NCBI GenBank assembly: GCA_964248365.1
Contig: CAXTYC010000023.1
Location: 11,598 to 75,597, forward strand
Direction of reading: 5' to 3'
From: an uncultured Chroococcidiopsis sp.
Lineage (GTDB): Bacteria; Cyanobacteriota; Cyanobacteriia; Cyanobacteriales; Chroococcidiopsidaceae
DNA length: 64,000 nucleotides
A model generated the notes under the pieces. That model saw only the letters and a list, made by a program, of their open reading frames with translations, was not told where the DNA came from and ran no database searches. Below, in pieces: positions 11,201 through 19,455 of the stretch (the first letter of the stretch is position 1; every line of letters starts with the position of its first letter). Both the position numbers and the translations under genes were made by a program.

Positions 11201-13454
11201 GGAGAAAGTTGACTGGAGTCAGGAGCCAGAGCAACAACTGCCTTTTAAGCAAGGTGGAATGTATCTGCTGAGCGGTGGTTTAGGTGGTATTGGTGTTGAG
11301 ATTGCTAAGTATCTGTTGCAAAATTACAATGCTCGGTTACTGTTGGTAGGTAGAACTGCGTTACCAGAAAGAAACACATGGGATGCGGCTTTAAAGGAAA
11401 AAAATGCTGTGCGAGAGCGGATCGAGGCTTACCTATCTCTAGAACAACTGGGAGGAGAGATTGCATATCAGGCTGTTGATATTTGCGATCGCATTCAATT
11501 GCAACAGGTAGTTGATCGAGCTAAGTCGCTTTGGCAATGTGAACTAGATGGAGTAATTCATCTAGCAGGAACCGCACCAGAACGCTTGTTAGTTGACGAA
11601 ACTCGTGACAGTTTGGCAACAACCCTGCGTCCCAAGGTTTTGGGTACTTGGGCGTTGCATCAATTGATTAAAGACCAGCCAAACAGCGTTTTTATCAGCT
11701 TCTGTTCGTTGGCGAGTTTCTTTGGCGGCGCGATGATTGGTGCTTATGCTGCTGCTAATAGTTTTCTAGACTGCTTTACCCACTATCAGCGATATCATCG
11801 TTCATTGCAGAGCTATTGCTTTGCTTGGGGGATGTGGGAAGCGATCGGTATGAGCCGGAATTCTCAAGCAAAGGATTTACTTCGTGCCAAAGGTTATCAA
11901 GCTGTGACGCTAAAGCAGGGGATGCATTCACTGCTGATAGGTTTGCACCACGATCAAGGGCAACTACTGGTAGGTTTGGATGGCAGTAACCGCAATATCC
12001 GACGGTATATAGAACCGCAGTTGTGTCGCCGTGTTCAGACACTATCTGCTTATTTCACTGCTAACACCGATTTATTGCTCTCAGGTAGGTTAGAAGCATT
12101 GTTAGTGAGCGATCGCTTCGGCACACCAAGTAAATGCACCTTTCGGCAGATCCAGCAAATGCCGCTAACAGATACAGGTGAAATCGACCGCACACAGCTA
12201 GCCGCAATTGGTCGTGCGGGAGCTGCCGATCAGGTGAAGCCGACAACAGAACTAGAATGCCAACTAGCTAGCATCTGGCAGCAGGTATTGGGGGTTTCCC
12301 AAGTAGGCATCCATGACAACTTCTTTGAGTTAGGTGGGAGTTCACTACAAGCCGCGCGTTTATTTGCTGAAATTGAAAAAACCTTTGGCAAAAATCTGCC
12401 CTTGGCTACCCTCTTTGAAGCTCCAACAGTCGCGCAGCTTGTCACTCTTATCAGCACACAAGAAGAGTCAGTATTGTGGTCTTCGCTGGTTCCGATTCAA
12501 ACTGGGGGTTCTAAGCCACCTTTGTTTTGTATTCATGGAGCTGGTGGCAACATTCTCATGTACCGCCAACTAATACCTTACTTAGATTCAGAGCAACCAA
12601 TTTATGGAATACAGCCAAAGGGACTAGATGGACATGAGACACCCCTTAACCGGATTTCAGAAATGGCGAGTGTTTATGTCAATGAAATGCGTGACTTGCA
12701 ACCTGAAGGACCCTACTACTTGGCTGGTTTATCTGCTGGTGGCTTAATTGCCTTTGAGATGGCACAAGTCCTTCAAGCTCAGGGTCAACAAGTGGCAATG
12801 CTTGCCTTAATCGATCCTCACGCTCCTGGTTATCCCAGATTATTGCCTGTAGTACCTCGATTATTATCATTGCTACCTTATGCAGCTTACCATTTAGCCA
12901 AAAGAAGCCCATCTCGTATAGCTAAGCTGTTCCAATCTAGACTATCGCAAGCTCGTTCACAATCACAGCAAGCAGTCAGTCAAAGCTATGCAACAAGTGA
13001 AAATCTTCAACAGAACGAGGGATTAGAGGTATCGATCAATAGCAATAGAAACTTACCTCGAAAAATTAATTCTTTGCGCGATCGATTGGAATATTTCAGC
13101 CTCTGGCTTTTGAAATTTACTCCCTGGGCATTTCTTGTGCCGAGGTTTTACTTAGAGGAGGCGAATTCTTTACCTAACTCTCTTCAGAAGATTCAAAAAG
13201 CCAATGTTGAGGCAATGCTTTCTTACAATGCCCAAGCCTATCAAGGTCGGGCAATCCTGTTTCGCGCTAGCGAACAACCACCCGGATGTTACCCCGATCC
13301 CCAGTTGGGCTGGAGTAATTTAGTGGCTGGAGGACTTGAGGTTTACCAAATCCCTGGCTATCACAGTGAATCTTTGCTGTATGAAGAACGAAGTGTTCGA
13401 GTTCTTGGCAAGCAGTTGAAGACTTGCTTAGATCGAGCGATCACAAATAAGTAG
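8208..13454 (+). CDS. Stand-alone NRPS-like enzyme: (Asub remnant)-A(keto-acid type)-KR-T-TE
   Basis: A: LTSGSTGMPK, NWLPFDHIG, FGMAE, FNTGDLG, GRAKETIII, PKTAIGKIQR. KR: SGGLGGIG (11271) and YAAAN. Carrier: DNFFELGGSSL (Ser codon 12342). TE: GLSAGG (Ser codon 12732) and PGYH. No condensation domain. GTG start preceded by GGAGG. Confidence 0.9.
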   Translation: MQKSQEQQQAIATTFIQEPLAASSVTDQQMVQAAILADPSIDECVVLNRAKEPTRELVAYVVSRGKFSPEQIQSHLQASLPSDLLAIAYVPVSKLPLTPTGQVDEQALIALEVVDSDLVQRWETQLQSLPEIEQAALVVQEYIETSPPLHLSDLLPDWKSTPSTSTATTITTASSFDAIEEATESKALAISYGGSLPEEPNAPTTLPEVLQRAARQIQGDSIVYLQPDGTEIFQSYGDLVEEAERILAGLRKLGLKPQDKVILQLELNQDIIPAFWGCILGGFIPVIMGVAPTYSSSNNAVDKLCNVWQLLDQPLILTTQALQKSVQSLTQWLPAEDFQVSSIEALRKNTADKSYHPCKPNDPAFFNLTSGSTGMPKCISLTHWNLISRAIGTNILSHHDCEDVILNWLPFDHIGSISDWHIRCVYLGCKLIYTNKEYILGHPLNWLDLIDKYRITHSWASNFAYALIYDALKQEPEHKWDLSCVKSLLTAGEAVSSTAVKDFIESLAVHGFKKTAIRPAFGMAEMGSGITYYQPTEENPLLFHTVDKSSLKGSIKRVSAEHPNCTTFTDLGPVIPGVSIRIVDKENSLLSEDTIGCLQVKGDAVFAGYYKNPEVNKEVFVEDGWFNTGDLGFISDGHLVVTGRAKETIIINGANYYNHEIEAVVEEIERVDVSYTAACAVRDAKGTTDKLAIFFSACGVDEEHLIELLKQIRQTVVGKVGVNPDYLIPVEKEVIPKTAIGKIQRSQLSKLFEAGEFDHILKRLDILLKNANTLPDWFYRKSWRPKEVVSLNIQPLTGQTLVFLDSLGMGELIGAELSRQYQPCVSVEVGSDFVQLSSDRYQINPQNPDHYRQLLESVSECTLQIGQILHLWNYDNYAGEISSPEELEQAQERGIYSLLFLVQALAKVQSSEHPVRLLVAASHTQPTSASDKVAAQKAPMLGLIKAVSQELSWLDCRHVDLSLDTVEINAEQILRELRVLQRSPEVAYRQNQRLVPCLEKVDWSQEPEQQLPFKQGGMYLLSGGLGGIGVEIAKYLLQNYNARLLLVGRTALPERNTWDAALKEKNAVRERIEAYLSLEQLGGEIAYQAVDICDRIQLQQVVDRAKSLWQCELDGVIHLAGTAPERLLVDETRDSLATTLRPKVLGTWALHQLIKDQPNSVFISFCSLASFFGGAMIGAYAAANSFLDCFTHYQRYHRSLQSYCFAWGMWEAIGMSRNSQAKDLLRAKGYQAVTLKQGMHSLLIGLHHDQGQLLVGLDGSNRNIRRYIEPQLCRRVQTLSAYFTANTDLLLSGRLEALLVSDRFGTPSKCTFRQIQQMPLTDTGEIDRTQLAAIGRAGAADQVKPTTELECQLASIWQQVLGVSQVGIHDNFFELGGSSLQAARLFAEIEKTFGKNLPLATLFEAPTVAQLVTLISTQEESVLWSSLVPIQTGGSKPPLFCIHGAGGNILMYRQLIPYLDSEQPIYGIQPKGLDGHETPLNRISEMASVYVNEMRDLQPEGPYYLAGLSAGGLIAFEMAQVLQAQGQQVAMLALIDPHAPGYPRLLPVVPRLLSLLPYAAYHLAKRSPSRIAKLFQSRLSQARSQSQQAVSQSYATSENLQQNEGLEVSINSNRNLPRKINSLRDRLEYFSLWLLKFTPWAFLVPRFYLEEANSLPNSLQKIQKANVEAMLSYNAQAYQGRAILFRASEQPPGCYPDPQLGWSNLVAGGLEVYQIPGYHSESLLYEERSVRVLGKQLKTCLDRAITNK

Positions 13455-13530
13455 CACAGGTATTTAAGGGAAGCAAAGGGGAGTTAGTAAATTCTAATTC
13501 CCCTCGCTCCTCGCTCATGCCTATTTTCAA

Positions 13531-14670
13531 GTGAAGTCTATTTTCGGACTTAATCTAACAATGCAACAAGCAAAGCTTCAACAAATTGACCAAGACTTGA
13601 TTAGGCTGCTAAGGGAAAGAATAGCAGTCTTGGCAGAATCAGGAATTCCTCCTTTAGAGCAGCAACTGTCAGACTGCTCATCCTACCTTGCTCAGACAGG
13701 CGTGCCAGAATCTCTATGGCAAAATATTGTCACAGGTTGTGTTGCTGCACTCAAGAGCGCATCCTTGTCTCACAATCAGATTGAGCCGCGCAACATTACT
13801 GCGATCGGCGGAGGCGGTATGATGGGGCGCTTCTTTACACAGCGGCTGCAAGCAGCTGGACATAATGTTAATGTTCTCGAATACAATGACTGGGATAATG
13901 CAGAGAAATTACTATCCCAGGCAGATTTAGTATTAGTCTGCGTTCCCCTCAAAAGTACATTGGCTGTAATTCAAAAGGCAGCTAAATACCTTCGTCCAAC
14001 CACTGCACTAGTTGATATTGCCAGTATCAAAACTCCCTTCGTGCAAGCTATGCTAGAGCAGCATAAAGGACCTGTATTGGGTTTACATCCCATGTTCGGT
14101 CCAGGGGTCAAATCCTTCTTGTCACAAAAAGTTGTAGTTTGCCCAGGTCGTGAAAATGAGGCGTTCCAATGGTTTCTAGACTTTATTAAAAATGATGGCG
14201 GCAAGCTGATTACCTGTACGCCCCAAGAACACGATCGCATGATGATAGCTATCCAAGCAATCCGGCATTTCTGTACGTTTAGTCTTGGTGTTTTCTTGGC
14301 AGAAGAAGAAATTGATATAGCCCGTAGCCTAGAGTTTGCTAGCCCGATTTATCGCCTTGAAAGTAACATAGTTAGTCGCCTGTTTGCCCAGGATGGGTCT
14401 TTATACATAGATATCATACTAGCTTCCGAGGAACGCACTGGGGCAATCGGTAGGCTGGCGCAGACTTATAACCGTTTGGCGAAATTGGTGGCACAAAAAG
14501 ATCGCTCCGCCCTGATGCGCGAGTTTGTAAATGTCGGCAATGCTTTTAAACAAGAGTCGGATCGCGCTCTTGAAGAAAGTAATTATGTGATCAACGCCAT
14601 CAGTACACTTTTAGCGGCAAGCGAGGTCAAAGCGAATTCAACGCCAGCAACACTTGTCAGCAACACTTAA
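13531..14670 (+). CDS. tyrA: Prephenate dehydrogenase with a degenerate chorismate-mutase-like N-terminus
   Basis: IGGGGMMG Rossmann motif, DIASIK, GLHPMFGP, EHDRMMIAIQAIRHF; translation may start at the Met 10 codons in. Confidence 0.88.
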   Translation: MKSIFGLNLTMQQAKLQQIDQDLIRLLRERIAVLAESGIPPLEQQLSDCSSYLAQTGVPESLWQNIVTGCVAALKSASLSHNQIEPRNITAIGGGGMMGRFFTQRLQAAGHNVNVLEYNDWDNAEKLLSQADLVLVCVPLKSTLAVIQKAAKYLRPTTALVDIASIKTPFVQAMLEQHKGPVLGLHPMFGPGVKSFLSQKVVVCPGRENEAFQWFLDFIKNDGGKLITCTPQEHDRMMIAIQAIRHFCTFSLGVFLAEEEIDIARSLEFASPIYRLESNIVSRLFAQDGSLYIDIILASEERTGAIGRLAQTYNRLAKLVAQKDRSALMREFVNVGNAFKQESDRALEESNYVINAISTLLAASEVKANSTPATLVSNT

Positions 14671-14692
14671 ACTTACTTGAGCTTATCTGGAA

Positions 14693-16156
14693 ATGAACCT
14701 ACGACAAAAGGCTGCTAAAGGTGTAGCTTGGTCTGCGATCGAAAATTGGGGTAATCAGGCAATCTATTTTGTCCTATTTCTTGTGCTTGCCCGCCTGTTA
14801 CCACCAGAAGCCTTCGGGCTGGTTTCCTTGGCTGGTATTTTGATCAGTTTTATGATGGTCTTTGCTGATCAAGGAATTAGTGATGCGCTCATACAACGCC
14901 AAGAACTGGAACCAGAACACTTAGATACTGCTTTCTGGACTAACGTTGGCGTTAGTGCTTTGCTAACTATATTTAGCATTGCTGCTGCCCAACCCGTGTC
15001 TAACTTATTCCATCAGCCGCAGTTGATGCCAATTATATGCTGGTTATCCCTAAGCTTTTTGAGTAGCGGCTTGAGTAGTGTGCAGCAGTCACTTTTGCGT
15101 CGCCAATTTGCCTTCAGAGCTTTAGCAGTGCGATCGCTCTTAGCGTTATCTGTCGGAGGTATCGTCGGTGTAAGTATGGCTTGTATGGGCTGGGGTGTCT
15201 GGAGTCTAGTTGGTCAGCAGTTGGTCGGTCGGTTAGTTACAGTTCTAGCTCTATGGTGGGTTAGTGACTGGCGACCTGGTTTTAGGATTTCTGCCAAACA
15301 TTTTAAGGAGTTGTTCTCCTTCGGGATAAAAATGCTCGCAGGTAGTATACTCGCTTTTTTTAGTATCCGCTCTGATGATTTTTTAATCGGATACTTCCTC
15401 GGTCCTGTGGCACTTGGCTACTACACAGTTGCCTACAGGCTGCTGGTAGCTATGACACAGATGATAAGTGCTACTACACGCCAAGTCGCACTACCGATAT
15501 TTTCCAGGCTACAGCAACAGACCGAGCAGCTAAGGCAAGCATTTCTCAGTGCCACACAGTTCTTGAGTTTGTTTGTTTTTCCAGCCGCTTTAGGTCTAGT
15601 GGTACTAGCTCCCGAAGTGGTGCGGACTTTGTTCGGTGAGCAATGGACACCAAGCGTTCCGGTGATGCAGATTCTTGCTCTGAGTGTCATGACACAGATA
15701 GTCGGTTCTCTGGGTGGAATTATCTTGGTAGCAGTCGGCAAGCCTGATTGGGGTTTAAAAATGATTTTGCTCAACACTGTGGTTAACGTCATCGGTTTTG
15801 CGATCGCAGTTCGATGGGGCATTGTGGCTGTGGCAGCATCATTTGTAATTCGTGATTATCTACTTCAACCTGTTTTGTTTTGCCTCGTCTATAAGCTTAC
15901 AGGCATCAAGGTTTTCACTTATCTTCGCCAATTTGCCGTCCCACTTGTTGGTTCGCTAATCATGATATTTTTTATCTTGGGAGCAAAATTCTTCCTGGGT
16001 AACTTGCTAAACTCGCAGGCATTATTAGCAACTTGTGTGACGCTTGGAGCGTCGATATACACAGCAACAATACTGTTAATTGCACCAAAAATATTCTGGC
16101 AAGTAGTTAATTTTGCTGGCTTATCATTAGGAATTTCTAAGTTGAAAAAAACTTAA
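14693..16156 (+). CDS. wzx: Wzx (PST-type) polysaccharide flippase
   Basis: LARLLPPEAFGLV, ALIQRQEL, DDFLIGYFLGPVALGYYTVAYRL; many TM segments. Confidence 0.9.
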   Translation: MNLRQKAAKGVAWSAIENWGNQAIYFVLFLVLARLLPPEAFGLVSLAGILISFMMVFADQGISDALIQRQELEPEHLDTAFWTNVGVSALLTIFSIAAAQPVSNLFHQPQLMPIICWLSLSFLSSGLSSVQQSLLRRQFAFRALAVRSLLALSVGGIVGVSMACMGWGVWSLVGQQLVGRLVTVLALWWVSDWRPGFRISAKHFKELFSFGIKMLAGSILAFFSIRSDDFLIGYFLGPVALGYYTVAYRLLVAMTQMISATTRQVALPIFSRLQQQTEQLRQAFLSATQFLSLFVFPAALGLVVLAPEVVRTLFGEQWTPSVPVMQILALSVMTQIVGSLGGIILVAVGKPDWGLKMILLNTVVNVIGFAIAVRWGIVAVAASFVIRDYLLQPVLFCLVYKLTGIKVFTYLRQFAVPLVGSLIMIFFILGAKFFLGNLLNSQALLATCVTLGASIYTATILLIAPKIFWQVVNFAGLSLGISKLKKT

Positions 16157-16303
16157 AACTTTTAGCCATAAGCGCTACAAATTTGGTTATTCACGGTTAT
16201 CTAATTACTTATATGGCTCAAATAAATATTCAACCACACAGGTCTTAATTACATAAGTTTTAGTAGCGAATATGGTGAATTGATACTTTAAGGAAATTAC
16301 AGT

Positions 16304-17467
16304 ATGCGTGTTTTAAGTATTCATAACCGCTATCAAATTCGAGGTGGAGAAGACGAGTCTAGGGAAGCAGAGGAAAAACTTTTACGGGAAATGGGTAACA
16401 TCGTTGATGTATATGAAGAAAACAACGATCGCTTAGCAACTATCAACTCTGTAGAAATGGCTCTGAGGACAGTCTGGTCTAAAGAGGCTTATCAAACAGT
16501 AAAACAGCGTCTAAAAAAGCAGCCCCACGATATAGTTCACGTTCAAAATTTTTTTCCTCTAATTTCTCCCTCAGTTTACTACGCAGCAAAGTCCCAAGGG
16601 GTTCCTGTAGTTCAGACTTTGCGTAACTATCGTCTTTTGTGTCCTAATGGTTTGTTTTTTCGCAACGGAAGTGTCTGCGAAGATTGTCTGGGCAAGGCAG
16701 TTCCTTTGCCTGGGGTATGGCATGGCTGCTACCGAGAAAGCCGCATGGCAAGTGGAGCTGTTGCAACAATGCTGACTGTGCATCGCACCATGCGAACTTG
16801 GATAGAGATGGTAGATGTATATATTGCCCTTACCGAGTTCGCGCGTCAGAAGTTTATTCAAAGTGGTTTTCCAGCAGAAAAAATTGTAGTTAAGCCTAAC
16901 TTCGTTCACCCCGATCCAAAACCAGGAGAAGGGCGCGGAGGGTATGCCCTCTATGTGGGAAGGCTTTCAGTAGAAAAAGGATTAGATACGCTGCTATCCG
17001 CTTGGGAGCGATTGGGAAAACAGCTACCTCTCAAAATTGTTGGGGATGGACCACTAACAGATCAGGTAGTTGAGGCTAGTAAGAAACTTGGCTGTGTAGA
17101 GTGGTTGGGACGCAAACCGATGCAGGAAGTTTATGACTTGATGGGTGAAGCTACCTTTGTGGTTTTTCCATCAAAGTGGTACGAAACCTTTGGTCGAGTG
17201 GCAGTAGAAGCTTTTGCTAAAGGTACTCCAGTGATTGCTGCTAATATTGGAGCGATCGCTGAATTAATTGAGCATCGTCGCACTGGGCTACACTTTCGTC
17301 CAGGCGATTCGGAAGATTTAGCAACGCAGGTAGAGTGGGCTTTGACGCATCCAAGAGAACTTGCCCAGATGCGCTACCAGGCTAGAACTGAGTTTGAGGC
17401 TAAATACACCGCCCAGCAAAACTACCGCAGATTGATAGATATTTACCAATTGACCTGTGACAATTAG
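16304..17467 (+). CDS. Glycosyltransferase family 4
   Basis: HNRYQIRGGED; PSKWYETFGRVAVEAFAKGTPV. Confidence 0.9.
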   Translation: MRVLSIHNRYQIRGGEDESREAEEKLLREMGNIVDVYEENNDRLATINSVEMALRTVWSKEAYQTVKQRLKKQPHDIVHVQNFFPLISPSVYYAAKSQGVPVVQTLRNYRLLCPNGLFFRNGSVCEDCLGKAVPLPGVWHGCYRESRMASGAVATMLTVHRTMRTWIEMVDVYIALTEFARQKFIQSGFPAEKIVVKPNFVHPDPKPGEGRGGYALYVGRLSVEKGLDTLLSAWERLGKQLPLKIVGDGPLTDQVVEASKKLGCVEWLGRKPMQEVYDLMGEATFVVFPSKWYETFGRVAVEAFAKGTPVIAANIGAIAELIEHRRTGLHFRPGDSEDLATQVEWALTHPRELAQMRYQARTEFEAKYTAQQNYRRLIDIYQLTCDN

Positions 17468-17491
17468 TTCTGAATTGGATGGCAACAAAAG

Positions 17492-19414
17492 ATGAAAAAA
17501 ATTCCTGTACTTACAATCAGTGCTGGCGCGATTTTATCTTCTTGTTTAATCGTAGCCAATATGATGCAGCAGCGAATATCGTTTCAGTCCTTGGCAAGTA
17601 ATTCTGCTGTACTAGCAAATAACACAACAACCGTTCCAGCTGCGGAAGTTACAACTGACAATATTATCTTTCCAAAGGATGGGGGTGTAATTAATGTTAA
17701 AAATGCTCCATACAACGCTAAAGGAGATGGTGTTACTGACGACACGGCGGCAATTGGGCGGGCGCTGGGCGCTTACCCTAATGCAAATAAGATTATTTAT
17801 TTACCAAAAGGTACTTATCTAGTCTCGAACCAATTACAATGGCCCAATGGTAGGGGTGGACAAGAACATAAAAGAACAATCCTACAAGGTCAGAACACAG
17901 GAAAGACAATTATCAAGTTAAAAAATAGCGCCCCTGGCTTTACCAACCCATTTTTGCCTAAAGCAGTGATTTGGACTGGCAATGCTCCTGCTCAGCGGTT
18001 TCGGAATGCTATTCGTAATTTGACAGTAGATACAGGTACTGGTAATTCAGGTGCGATCGCCATCCAGTTCATTGCAAATAACCAAGGCACAATACGTAAT
18101 GTAACCATACGCTCAGGTGATGGTCAAGGTATTGTAGGACTTGATATGTCCTACACCAATGAAATCGGTCCTTTATTAGTTAAAAATCTCAAAGTCTATG
18201 GCTTTAATGTCGGCATCAAGACAGCTAACAAAGTTAATAGCCAAACCTTTGAACATATCACCTTGCAAAACCAAAAAGAATACGGTTTTGCTAACTATGG
18301 TCAAGTAATTAGCATCCGAGACTTGCAGAGTAACAATGTTGTGCCTGCAATTTATAATAAAGACGGAATTCTAACTTTAATTGATTCAAAATTAACTGCA
18401 ACCAACAAAGTATCAGGGCAGCCTGCCATTAAAAACGACTCAACGCTTTTCGCCCGTAACATCAAGATATCAGGCTATCAAATCGCCATTGGGAATAAAA
18501 GTGGTCGGCAGAATGTTGCCAGTTCGTCAGTGACGGAATTTGTATCTCATCCAATCTCTAGCGTTTTTCCCACACCATCCAAATCGTTGAATCTGCCGAT
18601 AGAGGAAACACCAGATGTATCATGGGATGCCTTAAGTAATTGGGAAAGCCCAACTCATTTTGGTGCAGTTCCTAATGACAATAGAGATGACAGTGCGGCA
18701 ATTCAGGCTGCGATCGACTCTGGCAAAACAACCGTGTACTTTCCTAATGGTTCGTATATAGTTAATCATACTATTTATATCAGAAATAAAGTCAAAAGAA
18801 TTATTGGACTAGAGGCTGGTATTGTTGGTAAGGGCGTTTTTCGTTTTGTAGAAGGTAGTGCGCCTGTTGTAGTTATAGAACGTCTTGACGGAATTGGAAG
18901 TGGAATTATCCATGCCACTTCTAGAACACTAGTTCTCAGCAGTATGAGCCTGGCTCCCAGCGGTGGTAAAGCCAGCTATTCCAATATTGGAAATGGCAAA
19001 CTTTTTATTGAAGATGTGGTAGGAGGACCTTGGAAATTTGAGCGGCAAAAAATTTGGGCGCGGCAGTTCAACGCTGAAAATCAAGGTATACACATATCTA
19101 ACAACGCGGGAAACTTATGGATACTAGGTCTCAAAACTGAAAGAGATGGTATTTTGGTAGATACTAAAGCAGGTGCAAAAACTGAAATAATAGGAGGATT
19201 GATTTATTCTAATTCTGACCGGAAAACAACACCAATGTTTACAAATGAAAACTCTGCTGTTTCCCTGACTATTGGAGAATGTAATTTTAATCGAAATTTC
19301 TACTTTAATTTAGTTACTGAAACACGAAATGGTGTGATGAAACAATTAAATAGAGGTGATACACCACAGCGTTGTAATGGTAGTGCCATTCCTTTATACG
19401 TTGGGCATAAATAA
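17492..19414 (+). CDS. Secreted pectate-lyase-fold (GH55-like) beta-helix protein
   Basis: N-terminal hydrophobic segment; two beta-helix entry motifs, NVKNAPYNAKGDGVTDDTAAI and HFGAVPNDNRDDSAAIQAAI, each followed by YLPxGTY/YFPNGSY. Confidence 0.75.
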   Translation: MKKIPVLTISAGAILSSCLIVANMMQQRISFQSLASNSAVLANNTTTVPAAEVTTDNIIFPKDGGVINVKNAPYNAKGDGVTDDTAAIGRALGAYPNANKIIYLPKGTYLVSNQLQWPNGRGGQEHKRTILQGQNTGKTIIKLKNSAPGFTNPFLPKAVIWTGNAPAQRFRNAIRNLTVDTGTGNSGAIAIQFIANNQGTIRNVTIRSGDGQGIVGLDMSYTNEIGPLLVKNLKVYGFNVGIKTANKVNSQTFEHITLQNQKEYGFANYGQVISIRDLQSNNVVPAIYNKDGILTLIDSKLTATNKVSGQPAIKNDSTLFARNIKISGYQIAIGNKSGRQNVASSSVTEFVSHPISSVFPTPSKSLNLPIEETPDVSWDALSNWESPTHFGAVPNDNRDDSAAIQAAIDSGKTTVYFPNGSYIVNHTIYIRNKVKRIIGLEAGIVGKGVFRFVEGSAPVVVIERLDGIGSGIIHATSRTLVLSSMSLAPSGGKASYSNIGNGKLFIEDVVGGPWKFERQKIWARQFNAENQGIHISNNAGNLWILGLKTERDGILVDTKAGAKTEIIGGLIYSNSDRKTTPMFTNENSAVSLTIGECNFNRNFYFNLVTETRNGVMKQLNRGDTPQRCNGSAIPLYVGHK

Positions 19415-19455
19415 TGACAGCAATAATTTGGATACTTGCCCCTAGAGGTAAATAA

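Noticed and set aside
8208-13454. Peptide- or polyketide-producing NRPS/PKS cluster, or a plain fatty acyl-AMP ligase
   Set aside because: No C, KS or AT domains nearby. The fused KR, split pseudo-Asub and adjacent tyrA favour a keto-acid module; a fatty-acyl substrate is not fully excluded without an assay.
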